From assembly GCA_902587435.1 (NCBI GenBank), contig CACILF010000003.1:7801-71800 (forward strand): a stretch of DNA of 64,000 nt. The letters are read 5' to 3'. The notes under the pieces were generated by a model that was not told where the DNA came from, searched no databases, and saw only the letters and a program-made list of their open reading frames with translations. Positions 1 to 9,949 of this stretch are shown here, piece after piece (position 1 is the stretch's first letter; each line of letters opens with the position of its first letter). Source of the stretch: an uncultured Pelagibacteraceae bacterium. Its GTDB lineage: Bacteria; Pseudomonadota; Alphaproteobacteria; Pelagibacterales; Pelagibacteraceae. The position numbers were made by a program, and so were the translations under genes.

Positions 1-56
1 TTACAGATTCTGAAATAAAAAATTTAATAAAAAATATTATGAGCTTAAAACAATGA
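1..56 (+). CDS. 3' end of upstream gene, probably SufD (truncated by window edge)
   Basis: Open frame TDSEIKNLIKNIMSLKQ* ends at TGA 54-56, overlapping the sufS ATG (ATGA). Identity inferred only from suf operon order. Confidence 0.5.
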   Translation, partial: TDSEIKNLIKNIMSLKQ

Positions 57-1273
57 ACATTAGCAATATAAAAAAAGAGTTTCCTATATTTGATAATAAA
101 GTTCATAATAATGATCTTGTATACTTAGATAGCGCTAATTCTTCTCAAAAACCAAGAGTTGTTGTTGATAGAATTTATGATTTTTATACTAAAGAATTTT
201 CTAACGTAGGAAGAAGTGTTCATTATCTCGCAGTTGCTGCAACAAATTTATATGAAAATACAAGAACATCAGTTCAAAAATTTATTAATGCAAAAGATGC
301 AAATGAAATTGTTTTTACAAAAGGAGCTACAGAAGCAATAAATTTAGTAGCAAGTACTTTTGGCCAAAATCATCTGAAAGAAGGTGATGAAGTTTTATTA
401 ACTGAGCTTGAACATCACTCAAACTATGTTCCTTGGCATTATTTAAGAAAATCCAAGGGTATTAAAATAGAGTTTGCAGAGATAAATGAAGATGGAGAAA
501 TTACTTTAGAGAGTATAGAAAAAAAAATTACGCCAAAAACTAAAATTATAGGAGTAACTCATTTATCAAATGTTACTGGAGCTATTTTACCAATTAAAGA
601 AATAGTTCAACTAGCTCACTCAAAAAATATACCAGTATTGGTAGATGGTTGTCAGGGAGCTCCACATTTAAAATTAGATATGCAAGACTTAGATTGTGAT
701 TTTTATGCCATTTCATGTCATAAAATGTATGGACCAACAGGCTTAGGTATTCTTTATGCAAAAAAAAAATGGTTAGAGGAATTACCTCCGTACCAAGGAG
801 GTGGAGGAATGATAGGCGAAGTCAAAAAAGAAGGCATAACCTACGGTGACTTACCAAATAAATATGAAGCTGGAACAATGGCAACAGCACAAGTAATAGC
901 ATTTGATGAGTCTATTAAATTTTTAAACAAAATAGGAATGGAAAAAATCATTAAACATGAAAAAGAACTTATTGAATATGGCCAGGAGATATTAAGAAAA
1001 AATAATTCTGTTAAATTAATTGGAAATCCTAAAACAAAAGGATCTGTTCTATCCTTTACTATTGATGGAATACATCCTCATGATATAGCAACTATTTTAG
1101 ATGAAGATGGCGTTGCCATAAGAGCTGGCCATCACTGTTGTCAAATATTACATGACAAACTTGATATAGCTGCTTCTGCAAGGGCATCATTAGGAGTTTA
1201 CAATACCAAGGATGATCTTGATAAACTGAATTCGTCAATTAACAAATGTAAAAAAATATTTGAACTAAAATGA
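53..1273 (+). CDS. sufS: Cysteine desulfurase SufS
   Basis: YLDSA..SQKP, SCHKMYGPTG PLP lysine, RAGHHC catalytic Cys; suf context. Confidence 0.95.
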   Translation: MNISNIKKEFPIFDNKVHNNDLVYLDSANSSQKPRVVVDRIYDFYTKEFSNVGRSVHYLAVAATNLYENTRTSVQKFINAKDANEIVFTKGATEAINLVASTFGQNHLKEGDEVLLTELEHHSNYVPWHYLRKSKGIKIEFAEINEDGEITLESIEKKITPKTKIIGVTHLSNVTGAILPIKEIVQLAHSKNIPVLVDGCQGAPHLKLDMQDLDCDFYAISCHKMYGPTGLGILYAKKKWLEELPPYQGGGGMIGEVKKEGITYGDLPNKYEAGTMATAQVIAFDESIKFLNKIGMEKIIKHEKELIEYGQEILRKNNSVKLIGNPKTKGSVLSFTIDGIHPHDIATILDEDGVAIRAGHHCCQILHDKLDIAASARASLGVYNTKDDLDKLNSSINKCKKIFELK

Positions 1274-1743
1274 ACTTAAAAGAACTTTACCAAGAAATAA
1301 TTTTAGATCATGGAAAAAATCCTAGAAATCTAAGAAAAACAGAAAATTTTAATAAAGATGCAAAAGGACACAACCCTTTATGTGGTGATAAGGTTCATAT
1401 TTTTTTAAAGCTTAATGATAATAAAAAATTAGAAGATATTTCATTTGAAGGTCAAGGCTGTGCAATTTCAATGGCTTCAGCATCAATAATGACTGATTTG
1501 TTAAAAGGAAAAGAAGAAAAAGAAGTAAAAGAAATTGTAACTGATTTTTTAGAAATGATTAAAGAAAAGGATGAAATTAAAACAAACCTTTTGAAAGATG
1601 AAGAAAAAACTAAATTAATGTGTTTGTCAGGAGTAAAGCAATATCCAATGAGAGTTAAATGTGCAACTCTATCTTGGCACACATTGACATCAGCTATAGA
1701 CAAATCTCAAAATGAAATTAATAGTGAAAGCTTGGAGGTATAA
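1270..1743 (+). CDS. sufU: SUF system NifU-family protein SufU
   Basis: LYQEIILDH, NPLCGD, GCAIS, RVKCA motifs. Confidence 0.92.
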   Translation: MNLKELYQEIILDHGKNPRNLRKTENFNKDAKGHNPLCGDKVHIFLKLNDNKKLEDISFEGQGCAISMASASIMTDLLKGKEEKEVKEIVTDFLEMIKEKDEIKTNLLKDEEKTKLMCLSGVKQYPMRVKCATLSWHTLTSAIDKSQNEINSESLEV

Positions 1744-2042
1744 TGGAATTAAAAGATAAAGTTATTGCTGAAATAAAAAAGATCTATGATCCAGAAATAC
1801 CAGTTAATATTTATGAATTAGGATTAATTTATGATATTATAATTGATGATAAGAATAATGTTAAAATAGATATGACATTAACGACCCCAAATTGTCCTGT
1901 TGCTGAAAGTTTACCAAATGAAGTGAAAAATAGTGTTAAAGAAATAAAAGAAGTAAAAGATGTTGATTTAAAACTAGTTTGGGAACCACCATGGGATAAA
2001 TCAATGATGTCAGAATCCGCAAAATTAGAATTAAATTTATGA
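1743..2042 (+). CDS. DUF59/SufT-type Fe-S assembly protein
   Basis: DPEIPVNIYELGLIY and TTPNCP motifs. Confidence 0.9.
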   Translation: MELKDKVIAEIKKIYDPEIPVNIYELGLIYDIIIDDKNNVKIDMTLTTPNCPVAESLPNEVKNSVKEIKEVKDVDLKLVWEPPWDKSMMSESAKLELNL

Positions 2043-2374
2043 TGAAACAAATAATTACATTAAGTGATAATGCCGCTCAAAGAATAAAAGAAATTATGTC
2101 AAAAGCAGAAAGTAACGCTGTAGGTGTAAGGGTGGGCGTTAAGTCCGGCGGTTGTGCAGGCATGTCTTATATAATGGAATACACAAAGGAAATTAATCCA
2201 AATGATGAAATAATTGAGGAAAAAGGGGTAAAACTTTTTGTAGATCCAGGCGCCATAATGTATCTTTTGGGGACTGAAATGGACTATAAAAAAGAAGAAT
2301 TTTCCTCATCTTTTGTCTTTAAAAACCCTAACGAATCTGAAAGATGTGGATGTGGAGAATCATTTAAGATATAA
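2039..2374 (+). CDS. sufA: A-type Fe-S carrier SufA/IscA
   Basis: GGCAG and CGCGESF motifs. Confidence 0.92.
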   Translation: MMKQIITLSDNAAQRIKEIMSKAESNAVGVRVGVKSGGCAGMSYIMEYTKEINPNDEIIEEKGVKLFVDPGAIMYLLGTEMDYKKEEFSSSFVFKNPNESERCGCGESFKI

Positions 2375-2380
2375 TAGTGA

Positions 2381-2572
2381 TTGATGAGAGATACTAAACA
2401 TTTAGAAAAGCATGCTAATAAATTAGCTGAAAGTAAAAAAGAAAAGGAATTATTTAGAGCTCAGCGTAAAGCAGTCGAGGCTGGCGCACACGGTACTCTT
2501 GAGTACACTATAAAAAAAGGGATAAATAAAGATAAAATTGCTGACGAAAAAATTCTTAAAAGCAAAAAATAA
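2381..2572 (+). CDS. Small basic hypothetical protein at end of suf operon
   Basis: 63-aa ORF fills the gap between sufA and the glnA stop, co-directional with suf. Confidence 0.6.
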   Translation: MMRDTKHLEKHANKLAESKKEKELFRAQRKAVEAGAHGTLEYTIKKGINKDKIADEKILKSKK

Positions 2573-2574
2573 TT

Positions 2575-3993
2575 TTAAGAGCTGTAATACATATCAAATT
2601 CAATTGGATGAGGTGTATGCTCTAAATTGTATATCTCTTCAAATTTTAAAGCTATATAAGCATCGATTTGATCATCAGTAAATACATTTCCTTGTTTTAA
2701 AAAATCTCTATCTAAATCCAAAGATTCCATTGCTTCTCTTAGTGAGCCACAAACAGTTGGAATATTTTTTACTTTATCTTCAGGTAATGCATATAAGTCT
2801 TCATCAAGAGGTTTGCCTGGATTAATTTTGTTTTTAATGCCATCTAATCCAGCCATTAACATCGCTGAAAAAGTTAAATAAGGGTTTCCAGCAGCATCAG
2901 GAAATCTAATTTCACATCTCGCTCCATTTTTGTTTAATGTGATTGGTATTCTGCAAGAAGCAGATCGATTTCTTGCTGAAAAAGCTAATAGAACTGGAGC
3001 TTCAAATCCGGGGATTAATCTTTTGTAGCTATTTGTTGTAGCATTTGAAAAAGCATTTATAGCTTTTGCGTGTTTTAAAATTCCACCAATATAATTAAGA
3101 GCTGTTTCCGACAGTCCAGAATATTTATCACCAGAAAATAATGGATTACTTTCTTTCCAAATTGATTGGTGTATATGCATACCGGAACCATTATCACCCT
3201 TTACTGGTTTAGGCATGAAAGTTGCAGTTTTGCCAAAAGAATGTGAAACCATTTGTACTACATATTTATATAACTGAACATTATCCGCTTGGTTAACTAA
3301 AGTTCCAAATAACATTCCCAGTTCATGTTGACTTGGCGCAACTTCATGATGATGTTTTTCTACTGTTATACCAACATCTTTTAAACCTTTTAAATACTCA
3401 CCCCTCATATCTTGCGCACTATCAACAGGAGGTACAGGAAAATATCCACCTTTTATTCCTGGCCTGTGTCCCATATTTCCATTTTCATAATTTTTTCCAG
3501 AGTTATATGGACCTTCAGTGCTATCTATTTTAAATCCTGTTTCATTCATTTCATTTTTAATTTTTACATCATCAAAGACAAAAAATTCTGGCTCTGGACC
3601 AAAATAAGCTTTGTCCCCAATACCGGTTGATTTTAAATATTCCTCAGTTTTTTTTGCTATACCTCTAGGATCTCTTTCATAAGGATTTTTTTTTATTGCA
3701 TCCAATATATCACAGAACAATATAAGTGTATTATGGGACGTATAAGGATCTATTATTTTTCTACTTAAGTCAGGTTTTAAAATCATGTCCGATTCATTTA
3801 TTGCTTTCCATCCAGCAATTGAAGATCCATCAAAAAATACACCATCATTTAACATTTCTTCATTCACAGCACTCGTATCCATAGTTAAATGTTGTAATTT
3901 TCCTCTAGGATCGGTGAATCTTAAGTCAACAAATTCAACCTCTTTATCTTTTATTAATTTTAAAACATCACTTGAACTCATAATTTTTTCCAA
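2575..3993 (-). CDS. glnA: Glutamine synthetase type I (likely ATG start at 3981)
   Basis: FDGSSIAGW, GPEPEFF, HHHEVA, FMPKP..GDNGSGMH, RNRSA, DLY adenylylation site. Confidence 0.97.
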   Translation of the reverse strand: MEKIMSSSDVLKLIKDKEVEFVDLRFTDPRGKLQHLTMDTSAVNEEMLNDGVFFDGSSIAGWKAINESDMILKPDLSRKIIDPYTSHNTLILFCDILDAIKKNPYERDPRGIAKKTEEYLKSTGIGDKAYFGPEPEFFVFDDVKIKNEMNETGFKIDSTEGPYNSGKNYENGNMGHRPGIKGGYFPVPPVDSAQDMRGEYLKGLKDVGITVEKHHHEVAPSQHELGMLFGTLVNQADNVQLYKYVVQMVSHSFGKTATFMPKPVKGDNGSGMHIHQSIWKESNPLFSGDKYSGLSETALNYIGGILKHAKAINAFSNATTNSYKRLIPGFEAPVLLAFSARNRSASCRIPITLNKNGARCEIRFPDAAGNPYLTFSAMLMAGLDGIKNKINPGKPLDEDLYALPEDKVKNIPTVCGSLREAMESLDLDRDFLKQGNVFTDDQIDAYIALKFEEIYNLEHTPHPIEFDMYYSS

Positions 3994-4050
3994 TCTTTAT
4001 TTGAACTTAATATCAAAAAATGCGGTAATAAGAAGATAATATAATAAGAT

Positions 4051-4073
4051 ATCACCTATGCATTTCTTACATG
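4051..4073 (-). promoter_or_regulatory. Putative LysR-type operator upstream of glnA
   Basis: Minus strand CATGTA-AGAAA-TGCATA-GG-TGAT; same TGCATAnnTGAT core as at 36830 and 45168. Confidence 0.5.
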
Positions 4074-4131
4074 GATAAATGGCTATTAATATGAAATTAT
4101 CAATTCACAAATTGTTACAATTATTAGTTGA

Positions 4132-4614
4132 ATGGAAGAATTATTAAATAAAGAACCAGTAAAAAGAGTACTCAAAGTTTTGAACGATTTTGATCAATCA
4201 ATAAAAGTCGAAAACTTAGATACATCAGCTAGAACAGCAAAAGATGCTGCAGAAAGTTTAAAAACCGAAATTGGGTCTATCGTAAAAAGCTTATTACTTA
4301 GAAGACAAAGCTCATTCTTGTTATGTTTAGTTGCTGGTGATAAGAGGTGTTCCTTAAATAAAATAAAAAAATTATTAAATGAAAAAGATGTAAGTATGGC
4401 TAATGCTGATCAAGTAAAAGAAATAACAGGGTTTACAATTGGAGGAGTTTCTCCAGTAGGGCATATAAATAAAATTGATATTTTTATTGATGAGTCATTA
4501 GCAAGATTTGCAAATTTATTTGCAGCTGCAGGCCATCCTTATAGTATTTTCAAAATTAATTTTGATAATCTTTGTAAAATTACAAATGGATCAGTCAAAG
4601 ATATATCTGAATGA
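4132..4614 (+). CDS. YbaK/EbsC aminoacyl-tRNA editing family protein
   Basis: IVKSLL and TGFTIGGVSPVG motifs. Confidence 0.9.
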   Translation: MEELLNKEPVKRVLKVLNDFDQSIKVENLDTSARTAKDAAESLKTEIGSIVKSLLLRRQSSFLLCLVAGDKRCSLNKIKKLLNEKDVSMANADQVKEITGFTIGGVSPVGHINKIDIFIDESLARFANLFAAAGHPYSIFKINFDNLCKITNGSVKDISE

Positions 4615-5504
4615 GAAATCCAAAGCCCCTAGATTATTTACTGCTAGGAACATTATCTTTAATTTGGGCATCTGCATTTTTTAATATTAAAATTGCAACT
4701 TATTCTTTTGGACCTGTAACAATTGCATTTTTTAGGATTTTTCTTGGAGCTATACCAGTTGTACTTTTATGTTTAGCAAAAAGAATAAAGATTGAAGCAT
4801 TTTCAAAAGACTGGTTGTGGTTCGCATCGATTGGATTCATAAATCTAGTAATACCATTTTTTTTAATCGCATATGGAGTACAAAAAGTACAAAGTAATCT
4901 TGCTGCAATTCTTATGGCCACCACACCTTTAAGTGCAACTATTCTTGCTCATTTTTTTACTGAAAATGAAAAATTTAATTGGTTTAAGAGTGTTGGAATA
5001 TTAATTGGATTTTCAGGAATAGTTTTTTTATTTTCAGACAAAGTGTTAATTAATACAGAAAATATACTTTATGCTCTCTCTATTTTATTAGGATCCACGT
5101 GTTATGTTATTGGAGGAATTTTAACCTTAAAAATAAGTAAAAAGAAGAATGAAAATGTTACAGCATCAATATTAATTTGGGGATCAATAATTGTATTTCC
5201 AATCTCAATGTTTTTTGAGCAACCATGGAATCTATCCCCAAGTATAGATTCTATGATTGCATTATTGTATCTTGGAGTTTTTCCAACTGGAGTTGCTTGG
5301 TTATTGAGATTTCATATTTTGAAAAATAATGGTGTAGTTTTCCAATCTCAAGTTGCGTTTTTAATTCCGATTTTTGGAGTTATTCTTGGATATATATTTT
5401 TAAATGAACTTGTAACTTCAAAAGTTATTGTTTCATTACTGCTAGTTATTTTAGGAATTTATTTAGTTAAAACATCAAACAAAATTAAAGTTACTTCAGT
5501 TTAG
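4611..5504 (+). CDS. DMT/EamA family transporter
   Basis: About 10 hydrophobic segments, two EamA repeats. Confidence 0.88.
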   Translation: MRNPKPLDYLLLGTLSLIWASAFFNIKIATYSFGPVTIAFFRIFLGAIPVVLLCLAKRIKIEAFSKDWLWFASIGFINLVIPFFLIAYGVQKVQSNLAAILMATTPLSATILAHFFTENEKFNWFKSVGILIGFSGIVFLFSDKVLINTENILYALSILLGSTCYVIGGILTLKISKKKNENVTASILIWGSIIVFPISMFFEQPWNLSPSIDSMIALLYLGVFPTGVAWLLRFHILKNNGVVFQSQVAFLIPIFGVILGYIFLNELVTSKVIVSLLLVILGIYLVKTSNKIKVTSV

Positions 5505-6408
5505 ATAGTTCTTTAATGTGAGATGAATCTGTTTCACAACAACCTCCCAAAATTGTTGCCCCTTTTTTAATAATTTTTTTTGCAAATTCACAAAAAACTT
5601 TTCCTGTGATTTCTTTCCTTTTTCCTAAAGTAATATTTGGATTTTTTCCAACCTCGTTGTGCCCTGCTTTATTGAATCTATGAACAGGCAAGGGTTCTTC
5701 TACAGCCCATAAATTTGCTTTAAAACCAAATGGTATATCTAAGCTTTTTAATTCGTCTGCTGTTTGTTCTATTATTTCTAATGATACACAGGCAGAAACT
5801 ACTCCTAACCAATTAGTACTCTTGTATTTTTTTACAGTTTCTCTAATTGTTTCTCCAGATGGAAGCAAACCATTTTTCTTTAAATGCAAACCAACCAGAA
5901 CTGGTTTATTTAATTTATTAATAACATTTAATGCTATCTCCACTTCTCTTCCGCTAGAGAGCACATCTAAATAAAAAAAATCAATATAAGGATTAATAAT
6001 ACTAGCTTGATCAAAAAAATCTTTTTCAATTATTTTTTTATCTCTTTTATCAACCTCATATGTATCATTTTGAGCAGGAAGACTGCCAGCGATTAAAATG
6101 TTTTTTTTTGATAATTCTTTTGCTTTTATCGCAAGTTTACAAGCTTTTTGGTTTGCAAATTGAAAATGATCTCCAACTTGATTTTGCTCCATTCTCACTC
6201 TTCTTGTAGTAAAAGTATTTGTTAATATTACCTCTGCTCCTGCTTCAATAGAAGATAAATGAGTATCAACTACTAAACTATTATATTTTTCATCTATTAA
6301 TGAAGTTGCTGACCAAAGGGTTCCTTTGGTTACAAGTCCTCTTGCAAGTAACTCTTGACCCATACCAGCGTCCAAAATTCTTTTTTTTTTAAAATAGTTT
6401 AAATCCAT
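5491..6408 (-). CDS. Homocysteine S-methyltransferase family (MmuM/BHMT-like)
   Basis: ILDAGMGQEL, AGAEVILTNTF, Zn ligands Cys (SACV) and GGCC. Confidence 0.88.
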   Translation of the reverse strand: MDLNYFKKKRILDAGMGQELLARGLVTKGTLWSATSLIDEKYNSLVVDTHLSSIEAGAEVILTNTFTTRRVRMEQNQVGDHFQFANQKACKLAIKAKELSKKNILIAGSLPAQNDTYEVDKRDKKIIEKDFFDQASIINPYIDFFYLDVLSSGREVEIALNVINKLNKPVLVGLHLKKNGLLPSGETIRETVKKYKSTNWLGVVSACVSLEIIEQTADELKSLDIPFGFKANLWAVEEPLPVHRFNKAGHNEVGKNPNITLGKRKEITGKVFCEFAKKIIKKGATILGGCCETDSSHIKELSKLK

Positions 6409-6409
6409 A

Positions 6410-7156
6410 TTATAAAAATAATTTAATACCTATCCTAATAGCAACAAATAATACCAGGACAGATGTTATTAACGCAAGAAATCTTGTTGGAAATATTTTT
6501 AAATTTAAAAAATTACCGATATGGCCACCAATAATTACAATTAAAAATAAATACCAGTAATTTGATATATCACTTAAAACTATATTTTTAGTTAATTGTC
6601 CAATAACACCAGATACAGAGTTGATAAAAATAAATAAAGATGCTGCAGTAACAATATGTTTGGGTTTAGCAGCTTTAATTAAAAAAAGAATAGGGCTTAA
6701 AAATATACCTCCACCAACACCAACTACTCCAGAGACAAAACCTAATATCGCACCAATTATAATTGAGATAAAAATTGGAACGTTTTTATAAGTTGATTCA
6801 TTATCATCATAAGATTTAAAATTTATTAAAAGCAGTGTTCCTGCAAGTATCAAAACTATAAATAAAAAAATTTCGAATAGATTTTTATCTATTTGTAGAG
6901 AGCCACCAAAAAATGCCAAAGGTATTGATCCTATTAGATAAGGAGTAAGTAATTTTAAATTTAAATTTCCAGCTTTTATATAATTAAAACAATTTCCAGA
7001 AACTACAAATATATTACATATTAAAGCTATTACTGGAAAAATATAATAAGGAATATCCCATATTAACATTAATGCTAGATAAGTTGACCCACCCCCAAAA
7101 CCAACACTGGCATATAATATTGCAGTTACAAAAAATAAAATTGATAATATAATCAT
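6410..7156 (-). CDS. TauE/SafE (TSUP) family membrane transporter
   Basis: YASVGFGGGS and SGVVGVGGGIFLSP repeats, about 8 TM segments. Confidence 0.88.
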   Translation of the reverse strand: MIILSILFFVTAILYASVGFGGGSTYLALMLIWDIPYYIFPVIALICNIFVVSGNCFNYIKAGNLNLKLLTPYLIGSIPLAFFGGSLQIDKNLFEIFLFIVLILAGTLLLINFKSYDDNESTYKNVPIFISIIIGAILGFVSGVVGVGGGIFLSPILFLIKAAKPKHIVTAASLFIFINSVSGVIGQLTKNIVLSDISNYWYLFLIVIIGGHIGNFLNLKIFPTRFLALITSVLVLFVAIRIGIKLFL

Positions 7157-7165
7157 TTAAATTTT

Positions 7166-7666
7166 ATGATTGTAAATATAGCACTATTAACAGTTACCGA
7201 TACAAGAACTTTAAAAACTGATAAGTCAGGAAGTATTTTAGTTGATAAGATAAGCAAGGCTAATCATAATTTAGTATATAGGAAAATTTGTAAAGATAGC
7301 AAAAATGCAATTAAAAAAATATTAAAAGACTGGATAAAGAAAAAAAATATTGATGTAATAATAACAACAGGTGGTACTGGATTAACTGGAAGGGATATTA
7401 CACCTGAGGCATTAGATGAAATAGCAGATAAACATATACCAGGATTTGGTGAGATATTTAGAACAATTAGTTTAAAAACTGTTGGTACTTCGTCTATTCA
7501 ATCAAGAGCTTGCGCAATACTGGCTAATGGCAAATATATATTTGCATTACCTGGATCTTCTGGAGGAGTAACTGATGCTTGGGATGAAATTTTAGTACAT
7601 CAGTTAGACATTAATCATAAACCTTGTAATTTTGTAGAATTATTCCCAAGACTTAAAGAAAAATAA
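7166..7666 (+). CDS. moaB: Molybdenum cofactor biosynthesis protein MoaB
   Basis: TTGGTGLTGRDITPEA, ALPGS, PCNFVEL. Confidence 0.93.
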   Translation: MIVNIALLTVTDTRTLKTDKSGSILVDKISKANHNLVYRKICKDSKNAIKKILKDWIKKKNIDVIITTGGTGLTGRDITPEALDEIADKHIPGFGEIFRTISLKTVGTSSIQSRACAILANGKYIFALPGSSGGVTDAWDEILVHQLDINHKPCNFVELFPRLKEK

Positions 7667-7670
7667 AATT

Positions 7671-8528
7671 TTAATTTTTTTCTCTTGTTGCAATATAAAC
7701 TCCTAATGTTGCAATTAAAAATCCAAATATATCAACAGAATCTAAACTTTCTCCTAAAAAAATAAAAGCCATAATAGCTGAAGTAGGAGGTATTAGAAAA
7801 AATACAGAAACAGTTTTGCTTGCTGAGTTTTTTTTTATTAAATACATTAAAATAGTAAATGCTCCAAAAGAAACAAAAAAGATTTGATGGCTTATTGAAA
7901 TTATAAAAGTTGTTGAAAAATCTATAAATGGTTTTTGAATGAAAAAAATAATTATAAATAAATGGAATAAAAAACCTCCTAATGCTTGGTACATATTACT
8001 AACTGATAAAGGCAAATTATTACTTATTTTTTTTTGCCATAGTGTTGCTGAAGTAACCGCAATCAAAGAAATAATTACAGCAACAACCCCCAAAGTTGGT
8101 AAAGATTTGCCTATATCAAAACCAATAACCAAAGCTGCTCCAACAAATCCTAAAAAAACTCCAAGCCATTTATTCCATGTAATTTTTTCATTTAAAATGG
8201 GACCAGCCAAAGCATTTGTTAAAACAGGCTGAAGTGTAACAATTAATGCTGCAATTCCGGTAGGAAGACCTATAGAAATTGAATAAAAAACACCACCAAG
8301 ATAAAATCCATGAAAAAGTATTCCTGTAGAAATTGATGGTAAAATATTTGTAGAATGAACTAAAACTTTTTGTTTTGAAAATAAGGAAAAAAAATAAAAT
8401 CCTATTGCAACTATTAAAAATCTAAAACTTAAAGCTGCAAAAGGATCACTGTAATCAACTATTGGTTTTGTTGTTATAAAGGCTGAAGACCAAAGCAATA
8501 TAAATATTAACGGAAGAAATTTTATCAC
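7671..8528 (-). CDS. DMT/EamA family transporter
   Basis: Two EamA repeats, WSSAFI start motif. Confidence 0.88.
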   Translation of the reverse strand: MIKFLPLIFILLWSSAFITTKPIVDYSDPFAALSFRFLIVAIGFYFFSLFSKQKVLVHSTNILPSISTGILFHGFYLGGVFYSISIGLPTGIAALIVTLQPVLTNALAGPILNEKITWNKWLGVFLGFVGAALVIGFDIGKSLPTLGVVAVIISLIAVTSATLWQKKISNNLPLSVSNMYQALGGFLFHLFIIIFFIQKPFIDFSTTFIISISHQIFFVSFGAFTILMYLIKKNSASKTVSVFFLIPPTSAIMAFIFLGESLDSVDIFGFLIATLGVYIATREKN

Positions 8529-8539
8529 TAGTTAAAAAA

Positions 8540-8785
8540 TTACTTTTGGTATTTTTTTTTCCACTCAGAATAAGGCATACCATATACATGTTCCCTTGCA
8601 TCTGGATCTGATATTGAAATACCTTTTTTTTCCGCTTCTTCTCTATACCATTTTGATAAGCAATTTCTGCAAAATCCAGCTAAATTCATTAAATCTAAAT
8701 TTTGCACATCTTTTCTTTCTCTAAGATGCTCAATTAATCTTTCGAATGCTGCTGATTGTAATTCCTTTTTTGTATTATCATCCAT
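8540..8785 (-). CDS. DUF1244 family protein
   Basis: DVQNLDLMNLAGFCRNCLSKWY and VYGMPYSEWK motifs. Confidence 0.88.
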   Translation of the reverse strand: MDDNTKKELQSAAFERLIEHLRERKDVQNLDLMNLAGFCRNCLSKWYREEAEKKGISISDPDAREHVYGMPYSEWKKKYQK

Positions 8786-8815
8786 AATAATTTGTGTTAA
8801 AGTTTTATTGTATTA

Positions 8816-9388
8816 ATGAAACTTTCTGGATCATATCAAATAAACTTAGAAAAACAAAAAGTTTGGGAAGCATTAAATGATCCTGAAATTTTGCAAAAAA
8901 CAATACCAGGCTGTGAAGAATTTATAAAAAAATCAGAAACAGAGTTTACTGCAACGGCGACTAACAAAATCGGCCCATTTAATGCAAGTTTTACAGGAGA
9001 TATTGAACTTAAGGATTTAAATCCACCCCATAGTTATAAAATTACTGGCTCAGGAAACTCTCCAGTAGGTTTTGCAAATGGAGAAGCCACAGTAAGTTTG
9101 GAGGATGAAGATCATGGTACTAAACTTACTTATACAGTTGAAGCAAATGTTGGCGGAAAAATTGCCCAGATTGGCTCACGTTTAATTGATATGACAGCAA
9201 AAAAAATGGCTGATGTTTTTTTTGGAAAATTTTCTGAATTAGTTTCAAATGATCATGATGACAAAAAAACTATAAAAGAAAATGCGGAAAAAAATGAAGT
9301 TACAAGTGAAAAAAAATCACAAAACAAAACATTAATTTATATATCTATTGCAATATTCACGGCTTTAGCGGTTTATTTAATTATGTGA
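8816..9388 (+). CDS. coxG: CoxG (SRPBCC domain with C-terminal membrane anchor)
   Basis: VWEALNDPEIL..IPGCE, VGGKIAQIGSRLID, C-terminal TM helix. Confidence 0.9.
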   Translation: MKLSGSYQINLEKQKVWEALNDPEILQKTIPGCEEFIKKSETEFTATATNKIGPFNASFTGDIELKDLNPPHSYKITGSGNSPVGFANGEATVSLEDEDHGTKLTYTVEANVGGKIAQIGSRLIDMTAKKMADVFFGKFSELVSNDHDDKKTIKENAEKNEVTSEKKSQNKTLIYISIAIFTALAVYLIM

Positions 9389-9479
9389 ATCGCGTAATAC
9401 TAGAATCTTTATTTTTTTAAAGTTGAGTGTGACAATATTGTATGTTTAACTGAAGCTAATTATTAAGGAGCGGAACCTT

Positions 9480-9941
9480 ATGAAGAAGATTGCTTTAGAA
9501 GTTAATGGCAAAAAAGTTACAAAAGAAATTTCAGATCATACGACATTATCAGGTTTATTAAGAGATATATTAAATTTGACAGGGACACACATAGGATGTG
9601 ATACGAGCCAATGTGGAGCATGCGTAGTTCATGTTGATGGAAAATCAATAAAAAGCTGTACAGCTTTAGCAGCAGACCTTGATGGCTCAAAAGTTACAAC
9701 AATTGAAGGTTTGGCTTCAAATGGAAAATTACATCCAATGCAAGAAGCATTTAAAAAGATGCACGGATTGCAGTGTGGATTTTGCACACCTGGCATGGTC
9801 ATGAGTGCAGTTGATCTTTTAAAAAATAAAAAAAACCCAACAGATCAAGAAATAAGAGATTGGTTGGAAGGTAATATCTGTAGATGTACAGGATACCATA
9901 ATATTGTTGCAGCAGTTAAAGAAGCTGCTTCAAAAATGTAG
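9480..9941 (+). CDS. coxS: CoxS 2Fe-2S small subunit
   Basis: [28 protein letters not shown]; AAGGAG RBS upstream. Confidence 0.95.
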   Translation: MKKIALEVNGKKVTKEISDHTTLSGLLRDILNLTGTHIGCDTSQCGACVVHVDGKSIKSCTALAADLDGSKVTTIEGLASNGKLHPMQEAFKKMHGLQCGFCTPGMVMSAVDLLKNKKNPTDQEIRDWLEGNICRCTGYHNIVAAVKEAASKM

Positions 9942-9949
9942 GAGTTAAA

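Noticed and set aside
6400-6420. SAM-V/SAM-II riboswitch upstream of the homocysteine methyltransferase
   Set aside because: Only 1 nt separates this gene from the upstream TSUP gene, leaving no room for a leader.
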